From Sulfolobales archaeon (GTDB taxonomy: Archaea > Thermoproteota > Thermoprotei_A > Sulfolobales > AG1): a stretch of DNA of 64,000 nucleotides. Location: assembly GCA_038867615.1 (NCBI GenBank), contig JAWBYA010000001.1, positions 480,001 to 544,000 on the forward strand. The letters are read 5' to 3'. The translations under genes and the position numbers were made by a program. The notes below the pieces were generated by a model. The model was not told the origin of the DNA, ran no database searches, and saw nothing but the letters and a program-made list of their open reading frames with translations. How positions within the stretch are numbered: position 1 is the stretch's first letter; the number at the start of each line of letters is the position of its first letter. This document shows, in pieces, positions 18,796-29,111 of this stretch.

Positions 18796-19314
18796 TTGCC
18801 ATATAGAGAGCACTTCATGGTTCAGAGACCATCTCCTAAAACCCTTGCAAGGCTCAGAGCTATAGCTGATTACCAGTTCTTCCCAGGAGCTGGCGAGGTC
18901 TTGGTGCCTGATAACGCTAGGATCTTGGTTTCGAGAAACACTGGGAGGGTTAGGGCTGTGGTTGGGGATATGGGGATCATTGCTAGCATCAGGGCTTCTG
19001 ATTATAGATATATCCTTAGATACCCGGGTGCAAGGCTTCTCCACGCCTCAACCGAGCCCCCGCTCCTAAGGGTTTTTGTCGCTAACGAGGTTGCTGATGA
19101 GATAAGGAGGGGTGGGAATCTCTTTGCAAGGCATGTTCTATACATAGACGAGGATCTCAGACCCTGGGATGAGGTCCTAATAGTTGATGAGGATGACAGG
19201 CTATGCGGTGTTGGGAGGCTCATTCTATCTCCAAGCGAGATTCTATATTTTACCAGGGGAGTCGCAGTAATAACTAGGGATAGTGAGTGGAGCGGTGGAG
19301 GAGTAGAAGAATAA
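18796..19314 (+). CDS. PUA-domain protein (archaeosine TGT C-terminal-like)
   Basis: IADYQFF, GNLFARHV...LRPWDEVLIVDEDD. Confidence 0.85.
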   Translation: MPYREHFMVQRPSPKTLARLRAIADYQFFPGAGEVLVPDNARILVSRNTGRVRAVVGDMGIIASIRASDYRYILRYPGARLLHASTEPPLLRVFVANEVADEIRRGGNLFARHVLYIDEDLRPWDEVLIVDEDDRLCGVGRLILSPSEILYFTRGVAVITRDSEWSGGGVEE

Positions 19315-20033
19315 GGATCATTGTTGCAGAGCCTCTGGAGGCTATGAGGAGGAATGGAGAGCTAGTCCTGATCACAGGGTTCCCAGGATTCGGTGCTGTT
19401 GGGTATATAACGACGAGATATATTGTTGAGGCTATGAAGCTCAAGAGAATAGGCTATGTGATCACAAAATACATGCCCGACGTCGTCTCGATAGAGGGTG
19501 ATAGGAGATTCAGCTTCCCCCACGAGATCTACTCAAAGGAGGGGAGCGGCTTAATAGTGCTTGTCAACAGCATCGTACCAAATATACATGAGAGGGTTGA
19601 GTTCGCCGAGTCTATTGTTAGGTGGAGTATTGAGAACAAGATCAACGAGATCCTCTTAATAGGAGGCCTAGACCCAAGTGTCAGGAGATCCCAGGATGAT
19701 ATCCTCAGATGGACTGGGAATAGCTGGGGTAAGAGGGTTCTCAAGGAACCGACAATGGATAGGGGTCTCATAATAGTGGGGCCTCTAGCAATAATACTGA
19801 TGTTCACGGAGATCCTTGGACAGCCAGCAACGGTTATACTACCCTATGCCGAGAGGGAGAGACCAGATCCCAGAGCGGCTTCAGTTGCTGTTAAGAAGAT
19901 CTCAGAGATCTTTGGGGTGGAGATAGATATCCAGGATCTCATAAAACATGCAGAGACAATGGAGGAGATAGAGAGGAAGATAAGGGAGCACATAGAGATC
20001 CCTGAGAAGAGGGTCACAGGCTATCACATGTAG
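19287..20033 (+). CDS. PAC2-family proteasome assembly chaperone
   Basis: ITGFPGFGAVGYI, PDPRAA; clustered with pan. Confidence 0.9.
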   Translation: MERWRSRRIRIIVAEPLEAMRRNGELVLITGFPGFGAVGYITTRYIVEAMKLKRIGYVITKYMPDVVSIEGDRRFSFPHEIYSKEGSGLIVLVNSIVPNIHERVEFAESIVRWSIENKINEILLIGGLDPSVRRSQDDILRWTGNSWGKRVLKEPTMDRGLIIVGPLAIILMFTEILGQPATVILPYAERERPDPRAASVAVKKISEIFGVEIDIQDLIKHAETMEEIERKIREHIEIPEKRVTGYHM

Positions 20034-20110
20034 CTAGAAACACCAGACAATCTGGAGAGAACCCATGGAGATAGAATTTGGTTTATATCTATAAACAAGC
20101 CTAGACAGGA

Positions 20111-20482
20111 CTATGCATTGATCATGGCTTGCATGAGTATGCCATGAATCTGTGGGAGATCTATTGTTGCTGTCGAGCCAGAATCGTTTGTAGGCTCCCT
20201 CCTAACATAGAGAATAGATCCCGCTTCTCTATTGCTTGACAGCTTCTCGGATCTCGCTGCCTTGAGCACGAGATCAACTATAGCCTCGCAGGTAGCATTA
20301 CCATCAACCCTAGCCATGAAATTCCCAATCCTTATAGCCTTCTCACCGCCCAGGAGATCTATCGAGGGTTTCACATAGGCCTCTATACCATGCACAGACC
20401 TAAGGATCCTCGCAGCCTGGAGTGCAAGCCTTAGGAGCTTAAAGCTATCCTCATCAGACCCTCCGAGAACCTCTATATCCAA
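20111..20482 (-). CDS. Hypothetical protein
   Basis: 123-aa ORF with host-like composition. Confidence 0.6.
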   Translation of the reverse strand: MDIEVLGGSDEDSFKLLRLALQAARILRSVHGIEAYVKPSIDLLGGEKAIRIGNFMARVDGNATCEAIVDLVLKAARSEKLSSNREAGSILYVRREPTNDSGSTATIDLPQIHGILMQAMINA

Positions 20483-20539
20483 CGAAAAGCCCCGGGAATC
20501 CAGCTTATCAACCCCCCAGCCTTATAAGCACGGGGAGCC

Positions 20540-20794
20540 ATGGCCGTCTGGTTCGCCCACATGAGATCCCCTCTAGGGACTAGTGTGAGGATAGGCTATG
20601 TAGCGATAATAGATGTGGGGGATAAAGAAGAGCTCGAGGATCTCGCTAGAAAGCTTGGATCCTATAGGCTCGAGATCCTATGCCCAGAAAACCTCGACGA
20701 TCTATACAGAGCATCAACACTAGACCCAGACGCGGTTGATACTATGAAGAGCTGTGGAAATAAATGCTGCGTCTTAGTAGCATATGCCCAATAG
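20540..20794 (+). CDS. Hypothetical protein
   Basis: 84-aa ORF preceded by a TTATAAG box. Confidence 0.55.
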   Translation: MAVWFAHMRSPLGTSVRIGYVAIIDVGDKEELEDLARKLGSYRLEILCPENLDDLYRASTLDPDAVDTMKSCGNKCCVLVAYAQ

Positions 20795-20853
20795 ATCCGT
20801 CTTAGAACTATGACTGTTTATTTAGGCTTAGGAACAACATCTAGGGAAACGGC

Positions 20854-22584
20854 TTGGGCAGTAATAGCAGTATGAGTGGTGCGAAAGCCCTCCTAGAGAT
20901 GCTCAGAGGCTATGAGGTTAGACATGTGTTCGGATTACCTGGAGAGACCACGCTAGAACTGTATATGGAGTGGCATAACTACCCAGAGATCAAGCATGTA
21001 ATGGCTAGGGATGAGAGGAGCGCCTGCTACATGGCAGACGCCTATGCCAGGGCTTCTTATAAGCCTGGTATCTGTGAGTCTCCAAGCCCTGGTGCAGCCC
21101 ACATAGTCCCTGCTGTTGTTGAGGCCTATAGATCCTCTGCCCCGATGATAGCTATCACAACAGATGTCCCTCTCCATCTTGAGAGGAGGAACATGCTCAC
21201 ATCATACGATCAGTCATCGATCTTCAGAGCGATTACCAAGGAGTCTATAACGATCACAAGAGCGAGCGAGATACCCCATATAGTGAGGAGGGCTTTCAGA
21301 ATAGCAACTACGGGAAAGCCTGGGCCTGTGCATCTAAGAATACCCATGGATGTCCTGGAAGAGGAGGCAGTGTTCAGCGATATCTATGCCCAGAAGGAGT
21401 TCTCGAGATATCCTGGGCATAGGTTCGCCGCTAGTATCGATTCGATCAGGAAAGCCCTAGATCTCATCCTAAGCAGTGAGAACCCCGTCATAGTATGTGG
21501 GCAGGGAGCTCTATACTCACAAGCATGGGATGAGGTTAGGGAGCTTGCAGAACTCCTCGGAATACCTGTTGCAACCACAACAATGGGTAAGGGGTGCTTT
21601 CCAGAGGATCACCCACTATCGATCGGCGTTATAGGTGCTAGAGGCGGGACAAGCTTTTCCAACAAGATCCTCAGCGAATCCGATCTAATATTCTACATAG
21701 GAGCAGATCTCGACTCCATAGCAACCAACACCTGGAGCCTCCCAAAACCCCTCGAGGGTAGAGAGATAATCCACCTAGATATAAGCGAGGCCAACGCTTC
21801 GAACAACTACCCCGAGGCTCTGAGCCTCATAGGGGATGCGAAAGCCACGCTGGGGGTTATGATAGATATGCTAGATAAGAGGATTGCGAGGGGCTATGGG
21901 GAAAGCCCTAGGATCAAGGATCTTATTGCTAGGAGGAGGGAGTATGAGGAGTCTCTGAAGAATTACATGGATTATGGGGAGCTTGTAAACCCCCTAAGGC
22001 TTGTGAAGGAGCTTGAGAGAAAGATCCCAGGGGATCACTTGATAGTAGCAGACCCAGGTGTAGGGGCGATCTACATGCTAGCCTTCTACAAAGTCAAAAA
22101 AGCTGGGAGGAGTGTTATAACCAACTACTCTATAGGATCTCTCGGATACGCTATACCAGCCTCTGTGGGAGCTTATTTCGCAAGGCCTGATAGCTATGTT
22201 GTGGTTCTAACAGGCGATGGTAGCTTTGGACTCAATGCTGGGGAGCTCGAGACGATAGCCAGGGTTAATGGTAATATAAAGATCTTCTTGTTCAATAACA
22301 ATAGCTATGGCTGGATAAGGGCTGAGATATTCTATAAACACGGAGCAAGGTTCTTTGCAACGGATTTCAAGCCTGTGGACTACGTTAAAATAGCCGAGGG
22401 CTTCGGGATAGAGGCTATGAGGATAGAGAGTAACAACAAGATCGAGAAAACAATAGATAAAGTGTTTAGGAACAGAGATCCAGTCTTGGCGGAGGTCTTG
22501 GTAGAGCCTCAGGATAAGCTGTGCCCACCAGTCCCAGCATGGGTTGAGAGGGCTAGGAATCGTGGTGTGGGGTATATCTATTAG
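20854..22584 (+). CDS. Thiamine pyrophosphate enzyme (acetolactate synthase-like)
   Basis: VFGLPGE, ARDERSACYMADAYAR, GDGSF...NNNSYG. Confidence 0.93.
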   Translation: MGSNSSMSGAKALLEMLRGYEVRHVFGLPGETTLELYMEWHNYPEIKHVMARDERSACYMADAYARASYKPGICESPSPGAAHIVPAVVEAYRSSAPMIAITTDVPLHLERRNMLTSYDQSSIFRAITKESITITRASEIPHIVRRAFRIATTGKPGPVHLRIPMDVLEEEAVFSDIYAQKEFSRYPGHRFAASIDSIRKALDLILSSENPVIVCGQGALYSQAWDEVRELAELLGIPVATTTMGKGCFPEDHPLSIGVIGARGGTSFSNKILSESDLIFYIGADLDSIATNTWSLPKPLEGREIIHLDISEANASNNYPEALSLIGDAKATLGVMIDMLDKRIARGYGESPRIKDLIARRREYEESLKNYMDYGELVNPLRLVKELERKIPGDHLIVADPGVGAIYMLAFYKVKKAGRSVITNYSIGSLGYAIPASVGAYFARPDSYVVVLTGDGSFGLNAGELETIARVNGNIKIFLFNNNSYGWIRAEIFYKHGARFFATDFKPVDYVKIAEGFGIEAMRIESNNKIEKTIDKVFRNRDPVLAEVLVEPQDKLCPPVPAWVERARNRGVGYIY

Positions 22585-22611
22585 AGCATAAGATCTATAG
22601 GGATCGGGGTT

Positions 22612-23253
22612 TTGGAGACGGAGCAGAGGGTTAGGGAGGCTATATATAGATACCTAGCAGGCGATAAGAGCTATGAGGATCTGTTGAAGACACTGCCAGA
22701 GATCCGCGGGGATCTATCTAGAGTAAGACTAGCTATGGAGTATATATCAAGGGGAGGGGATCCAGAGAGGATCTCGGATCTCCTGAGCTGGAGGGATTTC
22801 GAGGAGTTCGTCTCAAAAGCCATGGAGCTGAGCGGCATGGATGTTGCTAAAGGAATAAGAGCCCCACCGCCGAGGGGCTTCGAAATAGATGTCCTTGGAG
22901 TAGACAGGGTATCCGGGATAGCCCTCATGGTTGACTGCAAGCATTGGGGCAGGGTTAGGGGGATCTCGATCGCCTCAGCCTCGATGATTGAGAGGGCTAA
23001 GAGAGCTCTCTCAAGATGCGACCTTATAGCCAGGATCCTTGAGAGCTTTAGAGAGGCTAGAGAACTCTACCTAGCCATAGTTACGCTCAGAGAGACAAGC
23101 GTTAGGAGCCATGGCAACGTATTCATAGTCCCCATATATAGGTTCAGGGATTTCCTGCAAAACATAAAGCTATACTCAGAAGAGCTAGGCATAGAACCCC
23201 TACCCAACCCATGCTCTCCCAGATATTCACTAGATAGCTACCTATCGAGATGA
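22612..23253 (+). CDS. Restriction-endonuclease-fold (Mrr/NERD-like) protein
   Basis: LSWRDFEEFV, EIDVLG, VDCKHW. Confidence 0.8.
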   Translation: METEQRVREAIYRYLAGDKSYEDLLKTLPEIRGDLSRVRLAMEYISRGGDPERISDLLSWRDFEEFVSKAMELSGMDVAKGIRAPPPRGFEIDVLGVDRVSGIALMVDCKHWGRVRGISIASASMIERAKRALSRCDLIARILESFREARELYLAIVTLRETSVRSHGNVFIVPIYRFRDFLQNIKLYSEELGIEPLPNPCSPRYSLDSYLSR

Positions 23254-23479
23254 GATCCAGGGTTTCTAGTGTGGAACTAATTAGTAGTATGGTGATATAG
23301 ATAGAGATCAGCCATGAGTATTCAAGCGATCCTATTGCTATGAGGCTGTGCTTCTAAGATCTCGTAATATTTAATATAGCGATAACTCCAAATCTCATGG
23401 CGTATTAGCAAGGGTTTTAGAGATGAGCGCTCAGCGGCTGAAGGTTCCTTGAGAAGGATCCTGTTTTAATTTCTGGGCT

Positions 23480-24673
23480 TCAGAGTAGTTTCTCCACGTG
23501 GTCGGCGAAGATTTTTGAGAGTTCTTTTTTGTCGAACTTATGTGCTACGGATCTTATCTTCTCTCTATCAAATCTGCCCAGGTTTTGAGCCATGCTTGCT
23601 ATCCCTTCTCCTATTTCTTTTGGATCGTTGGTGTCGAGATACACTCCCAGATTATTGCTTTTTATGAAATACTCTATATGCGATGGGCTTGGTCCGAAGG
23701 CTAGTATTGGTAGTCCTGCAGCTGCATATTCATATATAACTGTTCTTGTGCTGGTTATGTTCCACGGATCCTTCTGTCTGGGTCTGCCTAGCAGGGCTAG
23801 GTCGGATAGTATTAGTTCTTTCACCATCGATTCCCTCTCCATGTATCCTGTGAATATAACATCACCCTCGAGCCCTTTGCTCTTTGCAAGCCTCATGAGG
23901 CTTTCTTTTAGAGGCCCTTCCCCTATGATTTTCAGCCTTATCCTCCCGCTACCCAGTGTTTTTCTCGCCTCGCCAAAGCCCAGGATGATCTTATCCACCA
24001 TATGGTATCTCCAGCTCAGATCGCCTAGAAACACTGCTTCGACATAGCTCTTATCCTTTCTATGTGTGATTGCTCCGTATATTTTATCATAGAGCTCTAC
24101 ATCAACGCCGTTGTGGATAACCTCGATATTCTTAGCACCGGCTATCTTCTCGAGAGCTATTTTCTGAGCCTCTGTGACAGCGATCAAGAGATCTGCTTCG
24201 GCATAGATATCACCTAACCCCCTATAATAGATAGACCTGGAGAATCTCCTAAACAACCCACCAGAGAGATGGAGCTCTATGAGGTCGTGAACATCTATAA
24301 CAAACGGGACACCGAGGGATCTCGAGAGCCAGTGACCGAGATAAACAGCATCAACCGGGGGGTGGGCGGAGATAACTAGAGAGGGTCTGACCCTCTCAGC
24401 ATAGCTGGAGACAGCAGGCCTAAGCATATAGATATTCCTGAGGAAAGTAAGGATCCTACCAAGAGATCCTGACCCCATGGTTGGGTAGTTCATAACAAGC
24501 TCCCCATGATCACCAACCCTAACACCACCACCAACCCTCGGGGTAACCTGGATCACGGTAACACTATGACCCCTCCTCCTAAGCTCTCCCACGAAATAAT
24601 AGTTCCTAATACCATTAGCAGTCTCAGGCGGGGGGTAGAAACCAACTATATAGATTATATTCAACACAAACAC
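23480..24673 (-). CDS. GT4 glycosyltransferase
   Basis: VIHNGVD, IIGEGP, YEYAAAGLPIL. Confidence 0.92.
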   Translation of the reverse strand: MFVLNIIYIVGFYPPPETANGIRNYYFVGELRRRGHSVTVIQVTPRVGGGVRVGDHGELVMNYPTMGSGSLGRILTFLRNIYMLRPAVSSYAERVRPSLVISAHPPVDAVYLGHWLSRSLGVPFVIDVHDLIELHLSGGLFRRFSRSIYYRGLGDIYAEADLLIAVTEAQKIALEKIAGAKNIEVIHNGVDVELYDKIYGAITHRKDKSYVEAVFLGDLSWRYHMVDKIILGFGEARKTLGSGRIRLKIIGEGPLKESLMRLAKSKGLEGDVIFTGYMERESMVKELILSDLALLGRPRQKDPWNITSTRTVIYEYAAAGLPILAFGPSPSHIEYFIKSNNLGVYLDTNDPKEIGEGIASMAQNLGRFDREKIRSVAHKFDKKELSKIFADHVEKLL

Positions 24674-24681
24674 CCAGCATA

Positions 24682-25638
24682 TTATGGCTTATTCTCACAC
24701 CACCTATACATGCCGCTCTCCCAATACCTCTTTACAAGGCTTGGCAGCTCCCCATATTTTGACTCATCATATCTTGGCAGCTTCTCAACCATTTCTCTGG
24801 TGATCCTGCACCCAACTTCCTGAAGATCCTCTGTTCCATAGATCTCTTTAGCCTTCATAGAGGCGTATTCCTCATAGGAGATCCCCTTCTTAGCCGCTTC
24901 ATAGAACCCAAGCTTATCATGCCACCAGAGAGCTTTAATCGCCAGTCTCACAGGTTTTCTAACCATTAAGTGTACTCCTAGGATCTTATCAACATGGATC
25001 ACCTTATAGAGCCATAACGGGGCTATAAGGGAGTCGTATAAAGTTCCATTAACATAGATATTTTTGTATTTCAGTCTCTCAGAATATGTGAAGAGCCAGT
25101 GTTCTACTTGATAGGGTTTCTCACTGCATGTGTGATATATATCACCGCATATCTGGATCAATGGCCAGTATATGAGATAATGTCTTCTGGGATCCAGACT
25201 TTCCACAAGACCTCTGATAAAACCAGCCGAATTATCTTTCAAAACGAAATCCCCATCCCAAACAAGAACCCATCTATAGCTAGTCTTAGCTAGGGCTGCG
25301 TTCCTTATGTTTGTAGTGTTTCCCGGAGGAATCCACTGATACTTTATATTTAACCCGACCTCGTCTCTGAGCCTCGTAATAATATTTGGAGTATTATCGC
25401 TCGACGAGTCAAAGACCACATATTCGTCAACAAGGTCTTTTATAGATAGCAGTGATGGTTCAATCCACTCCTCTTCATTATATACCATAACCATAGCCGA
25501 GATCCCCTGGGGCCTCTTCCTAGGATCCTCTCGCACACCTGCATAGAAAGCTAGTGATGTTGCTATGTTTCTAATCATAAATGTGCCTCTCCTGCCTAGA
25601 AGCTTTCGGATAATAACCCTTGGACTGTTTCTCTTCAT
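24682..25638 (-). CDS. GT2 glycosyltransferase
   Basis: ISAMVMVYNEE, DSSSDNT, WDGD. Confidence 0.88.
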   Translation of the reverse strand: MKRNSPRVIIRKLLGRRGTFMIRNIATSLAFYAGVREDPRKRPQGISAMVMVYNEEEWIEPSLLSIKDLVDEYVVFDSSSDNTPNIITRLRDEVGLNIKYQWIPPGNTTNIRNAALAKTSYRWVLVWDGDFVLKDNSAGFIRGLVESLDPRRHYLIYWPLIQICGDIYHTCSEKPYQVEHWLFTYSERLKYKNIYVNGTLYDSLIAPLWLYKVIHVDKILGVHLMVRKPVRLAIKALWWHDKLGFYEAAKKGISYEEYASMKAKEIYGTEDLQEVGCRITREMVEKLPRYDESKYGELPSLVKRYWESGMYRWCENKP

Positions 25639-25764
25639 TGCTCCCCATTAGGCTGTATAGTGCGGGCTTATAATTACCATGGGGGTTGTGTTTTTAGGTA
25701 TGTATTTCCTGAGGGTTTGTTTTATACCGAATTATAGCTGTCTAGCTATTTTGCGCTAAGATCC

Positions 25765-26865
25765 TTATAAGCCTAGGTAGAATATCGCTGCATATGCTCC
25801 TAGGAATATTGGTATGCCTATTGGGAGTGCTTTTCTAGCCCATTCTCTGAAGCTTATGTTGTTTGTATATGCTATCACTATGTTTGGGACGTTGCCGGGG
25901 ATTAGGAAGCCTCCTGATATTATGAGGGATACTAGGAATGATTTTATCTGCATGATCTCCATCTCTGGTGTTACTATCGCTGCTACCAATGTAGCATTAT
26001 CAAGGGCTGCTGAGGTGCTTCCGAATAGGTAGAGTGCTTGGGGATTTAGATGGACTATGAATCTCTCCACCACCGGGTCGAAGGAGTGGCCTAGGAGGAC
26101 TAGTGCGAATACGAAGATATATACCTTCACAGCCCTTATAATCGCTTCCCTATACCCGCTGCCCCCATGCCCGTGGGATCCTGCTTTCACAGCCTCAACC
26201 TCTCTTGCGAATGTTTCTATTGATGTGAGAGCCCTCTTATAAATGATCCAGCTGGCTATCGAGCATATAACAACTATAGCCAAAACATAGTCCCATAGTA
26301 ATCTCATGAGGAAGAAGAAGTCAGCATGGTAAGGCTCGCCCGAGAGCTTGGCAACAGCTATGGTTGATAAGGGCTCACCAACAGGTGTTAGAGCAGCCCC
26401 AGCACCTATAGCGTATGCAGGCAATACTAGGAGGGGAACCCTAGCCCTCGGGGGAAGCCCTATTGTCTTGGCTATCTCAGCTATTATAACAGAAGCCACT
26501 ATCGCAGAGATAAAGCTGCTCCCAAGCCCTAGGAGGAAAACAAGGATCGCGTAGAGAGCTGGCAGAGAGATCCCCCGAGACCTCTTGAGATAACCACTCA
26601 GAGAAGCCCTGTATTTCTCAAACAAAAGCCCAGCGATCAAAACAGCCTGGAAGATCCCGAAGGGTATCTCGCGAACGGTAACAGGGGTAATGAAAGCCTC
26701 TAGCAATAGCTTGAAACCAAGAGTCCCAGCAATAGCCGAAGCGGTAAAACCCATTACTAGGAAATAGATCTCGAGGTTCTCCTCAATCCTCCTAGATAGA
26801 AGAGGCCCAATAAGCACAGCAACCAGAACAGCTATCAACCCGTAGAGAACCAGCTCCTCAGGCAA
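25765..26865 (-). CDS. DUF1646-family membrane transporter
   Basis: IEENLEIYFL, GAALTPVGEPLSTIA, LDNATL, LIPGNVPNI. Confidence 0.88.
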   Translation of the reverse strand: MPEELVLYGLIAVLVAVLIGPLLSRRIEENLEIYFLVMGFTASAIAGTLGFKLLLEAFITPVTVREIPFGIFQAVLIAGLLFEKYRASLSGYLKRSRGISLPALYAILVFLLGLGSSFISAIVASVIIAEIAKTIGLPPRARVPLLVLPAYAIGAGAALTPVGEPLSTIAVAKLSGEPYHADFFFLMRLLWDYVLAIVVICSIASWIIYKRALTSIETFAREVEAVKAGSHGHGGSGYREAIIRAVKVYIFVFALVLLGHSFDPVVERFIVHLNPQALYLFGSTSAALDNATLVAAIVTPEMEIMQIKSFLVSLIISGGFLIPGNVPNIVIAYTNNISFREWARKALPIGIPIFLGAYAAIFYLGL

Positions 26866-27107
26866 TTGAGGCGACCACTAGAGAATATCGAAATAGAACT
26901 AATAAGAGAGTTAGAGAAACTAAGTAAAGCTAACCTATTATCTCCTATTATCTATTGCAGTGAATGTAAAGCAAAGCTGCAAGCTATGAAAACTCCGGGG
27001 CGGGACGATCTTTGCAGAAGATCCTCTTTGACGTCTCGTGAACCACACGATCTTCTAGATCAAACTGCAAATTTAAGGCCTGGCACAAACATTACTCCAG
27101 AGGAGAA

Positions 27108-28568
27108 ATGCAAAAAGATACAAGAAATATAGTTCTAGAATTTGAATGGCTAGGTCCCTTAAGAAGAGGCAGGATCGCTATTAAGCCACTAACAATACTT
27201 ATAGGGCCTAACGGATCCGGTAAATCATATAGTGCTATGCTATTGTATGCTATAAATAAAGCCCTGAAGGATCATCTCGCCGATATTTTAGGATCCATGA
27301 TATCTTTAGCTATTAAAATGCAGTCGGGCGAGCTTAAAGATAAAAATGAGTATTATAGAAACTTGTATGAAAGTGCAAAGAACTCTTTAGAGAAAAGACT
27401 TAAGGAAAACATGGTAGCAATATTTACAGATCTAGGTTCATCAATAAATATCGATAGCGATAAACTGACTGCTAATCTAAGGATCGATGATCACATATCA
27501 TATGGATTTACCCTTAAGAGGGATGGAGGTATTGTTGTTGACAGGTATATAGATTTCGAGTACTTTATGGGAGAAGTTAAAAAAAGAGGAATCGATAGTA
27601 TGATAGATATTGTTATAGGCGCAAGATCATATGAATCGCTTCTTTCGTCGACCAAGGAAACTACAGATACTCTTGGAAAAGTATCTGCAATCATGGGATT
27701 CTTTCTTTTTATAGGACCTGCGTATCTTAAAAATATTTTCGCACCGCTAGAGATCGTCTATCTGCCCGCTACACGATCCGGCTTATTGCAAGCTCATAGG
27801 GTGATAACAAACGCCTTAGTGTCAGCAGCACCTAGACTCCCACTAGCAGGCGGGCAAAAAGCCTCTATCACAGGAGTATCGGCTGATTTCATAAATACGA
27901 TATTGTATTCTGGGATCCTATATGAGCTTTCCAAAGCATCTGGTTTGGCTATTGATAAAGGAATCTTAGAAGCCGTAGAGTTTCTTGAGAAAAGAGTTTT
28001 AGGAGGAGTTATAGATATTGTTGAGAGAGAAGATAATATAGTGGAACTAGTATATAAAGATCTACGTGGTAACCTAACAATACCAGTTGTTGCCGCAGCA
28101 TCAGGAGTAGCCGAGTTAGCCCCGCTTGCTCTCTACCTTAAGAAATATGTAATCAGCCCAGGTACTGTGCTTATATTCGAGGAGCCCGAAGCCCATCTCC
28201 ATCCGAAAATGCAGAGGGAAATAGCTAGGCTTATTGCAATGCTTGTTAATAGTGGTGTGTGGGTGTTGATAACAACACATAGTGATCTGATCCTTGAGGA
28301 GTTCAATATACTAATGAGGCTAAGCAGAATGAGTGAGGAGGAGAGGAAGAAGCTGGGCTATGAAGAGTATGAATACTTGGATACGAATAGCGTGAGTGCC
28401 TATCTATATAAATACGATGATAATGAGAAGGGCTATGTTGCGAAAGAGCTAAGCATAACAGAGGATGAGGGGATTCCTCAGGACGAGCTTACAGAGGTAG
28501 CGTTCGAGATGGGAGAGACACATGCCAAGATAACCCGCATGGCTGAGCTAGGGGAGAGGGCTGTGTGA
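27108..28568 (+). CDS. ABC-like AAA ATPase (AAA_15/AAA_21, AbiEii-like)
   Basis: ILIGPNGSGKS, YLPATRSG, AASGVAEL, IFEEPEAHLHP, ITTHSD. Confidence 0.92.
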   Translation: MQKDTRNIVLEFEWLGPLRRGRIAIKPLTILIGPNGSGKSYSAMLLYAINKALKDHLADILGSMISLAIKMQSGELKDKNEYYRNLYESAKNSLEKRLKENMVAIFTDLGSSINIDSDKLTANLRIDDHISYGFTLKRDGGIVVDRYIDFEYFMGEVKKRGIDSMIDIVIGARSYESLLSSTKETTDTLGKVSAIMGFFLFIGPAYLKNIFAPLEIVYLPATRSGLLQAHRVITNALVSAAPRLPLAGGQKASITGVSADFINTILYSGILYELSKASGLAIDKGILEAVEFLEKRVLGGVIDIVEREDNIVELVYKDLRGNLTIPVVAAASGVAELAPLALYLKKYVISPGTVLIFEEPEAHLHPKMQREIARLIAMLVNSGVWVLITTHSDLILEEFNILMRLSRMSEEERKKLGYEEYEYLDTNSVSAYLYKYDDNEKGYVAKELSITEDEGIPQDELTEVAFEMGETHAKITRMAELGERAV

Positions 28569-29020
28569 TCTGTGAGGCTGAAGTATATATCTTAGAGGAA
28601 CCATCGTCTAGAGATTATACTAGAGTGAGGAGGGTATGCGAGAAGATCCTTAGACAATGCTCTTATAAAATCTATGACTATAGCAGCATACCTGGCCTAG
28701 GTTTAAGGAGCATCGCTGGTACGAAGCACTGTGATGCGGTAATTAACATAAAAGGTCTGTGGGTTTTTATAGAGATTACTGGGCGAGCAGAGCCTGCCGA
28801 CATTAGTAAGCTGGACAATACAGTAGAGCTCCTAAGTAGTATTGGTATAAAGGATTTCGATCCGAACAACTCTGTGAGGATCCTCCACATCGAGAGAATG
28901 GATAGCATTACCTCGAGGATCGTGAGATCGCGGAAAACCTATAAGGGAAAAACCATAATACCCATGAAGTGCAGCCAAACCCTGATCGAGAGTTTAAAAG
29001 AATATCAATACCTCCCCTAA
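28565..29020 (+). CDS. Small putative nuclease-fold protein coupled to the ATPase
   Basis: GTGA overlap; KHCDAVI...VFIEITG resembles a PD-(D/E)XK core. Confidence 0.65.
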   Translation: MICEAEVYILEEPSSRDYTRVRRVCEKILRQCSYKIYDYSSIPGLGLRSIAGTKHCDAVINIKGLWVFIEITGRAEPADISKLDNTVELLSSIGIKDFDPNNSVRILHIERMDSITSRIVRSRKTYKGKTIIPMKCSQTLIESLKEYQYLP

Positions 29021-29111
29021 CAATAGACTCTAGATTCCTAGATATTGCTTCTAAAACCTCACCACCTAATAGGCTTAATAGCATGTAGTGATTATGAAGG
29101 ATTAAGAGGAG

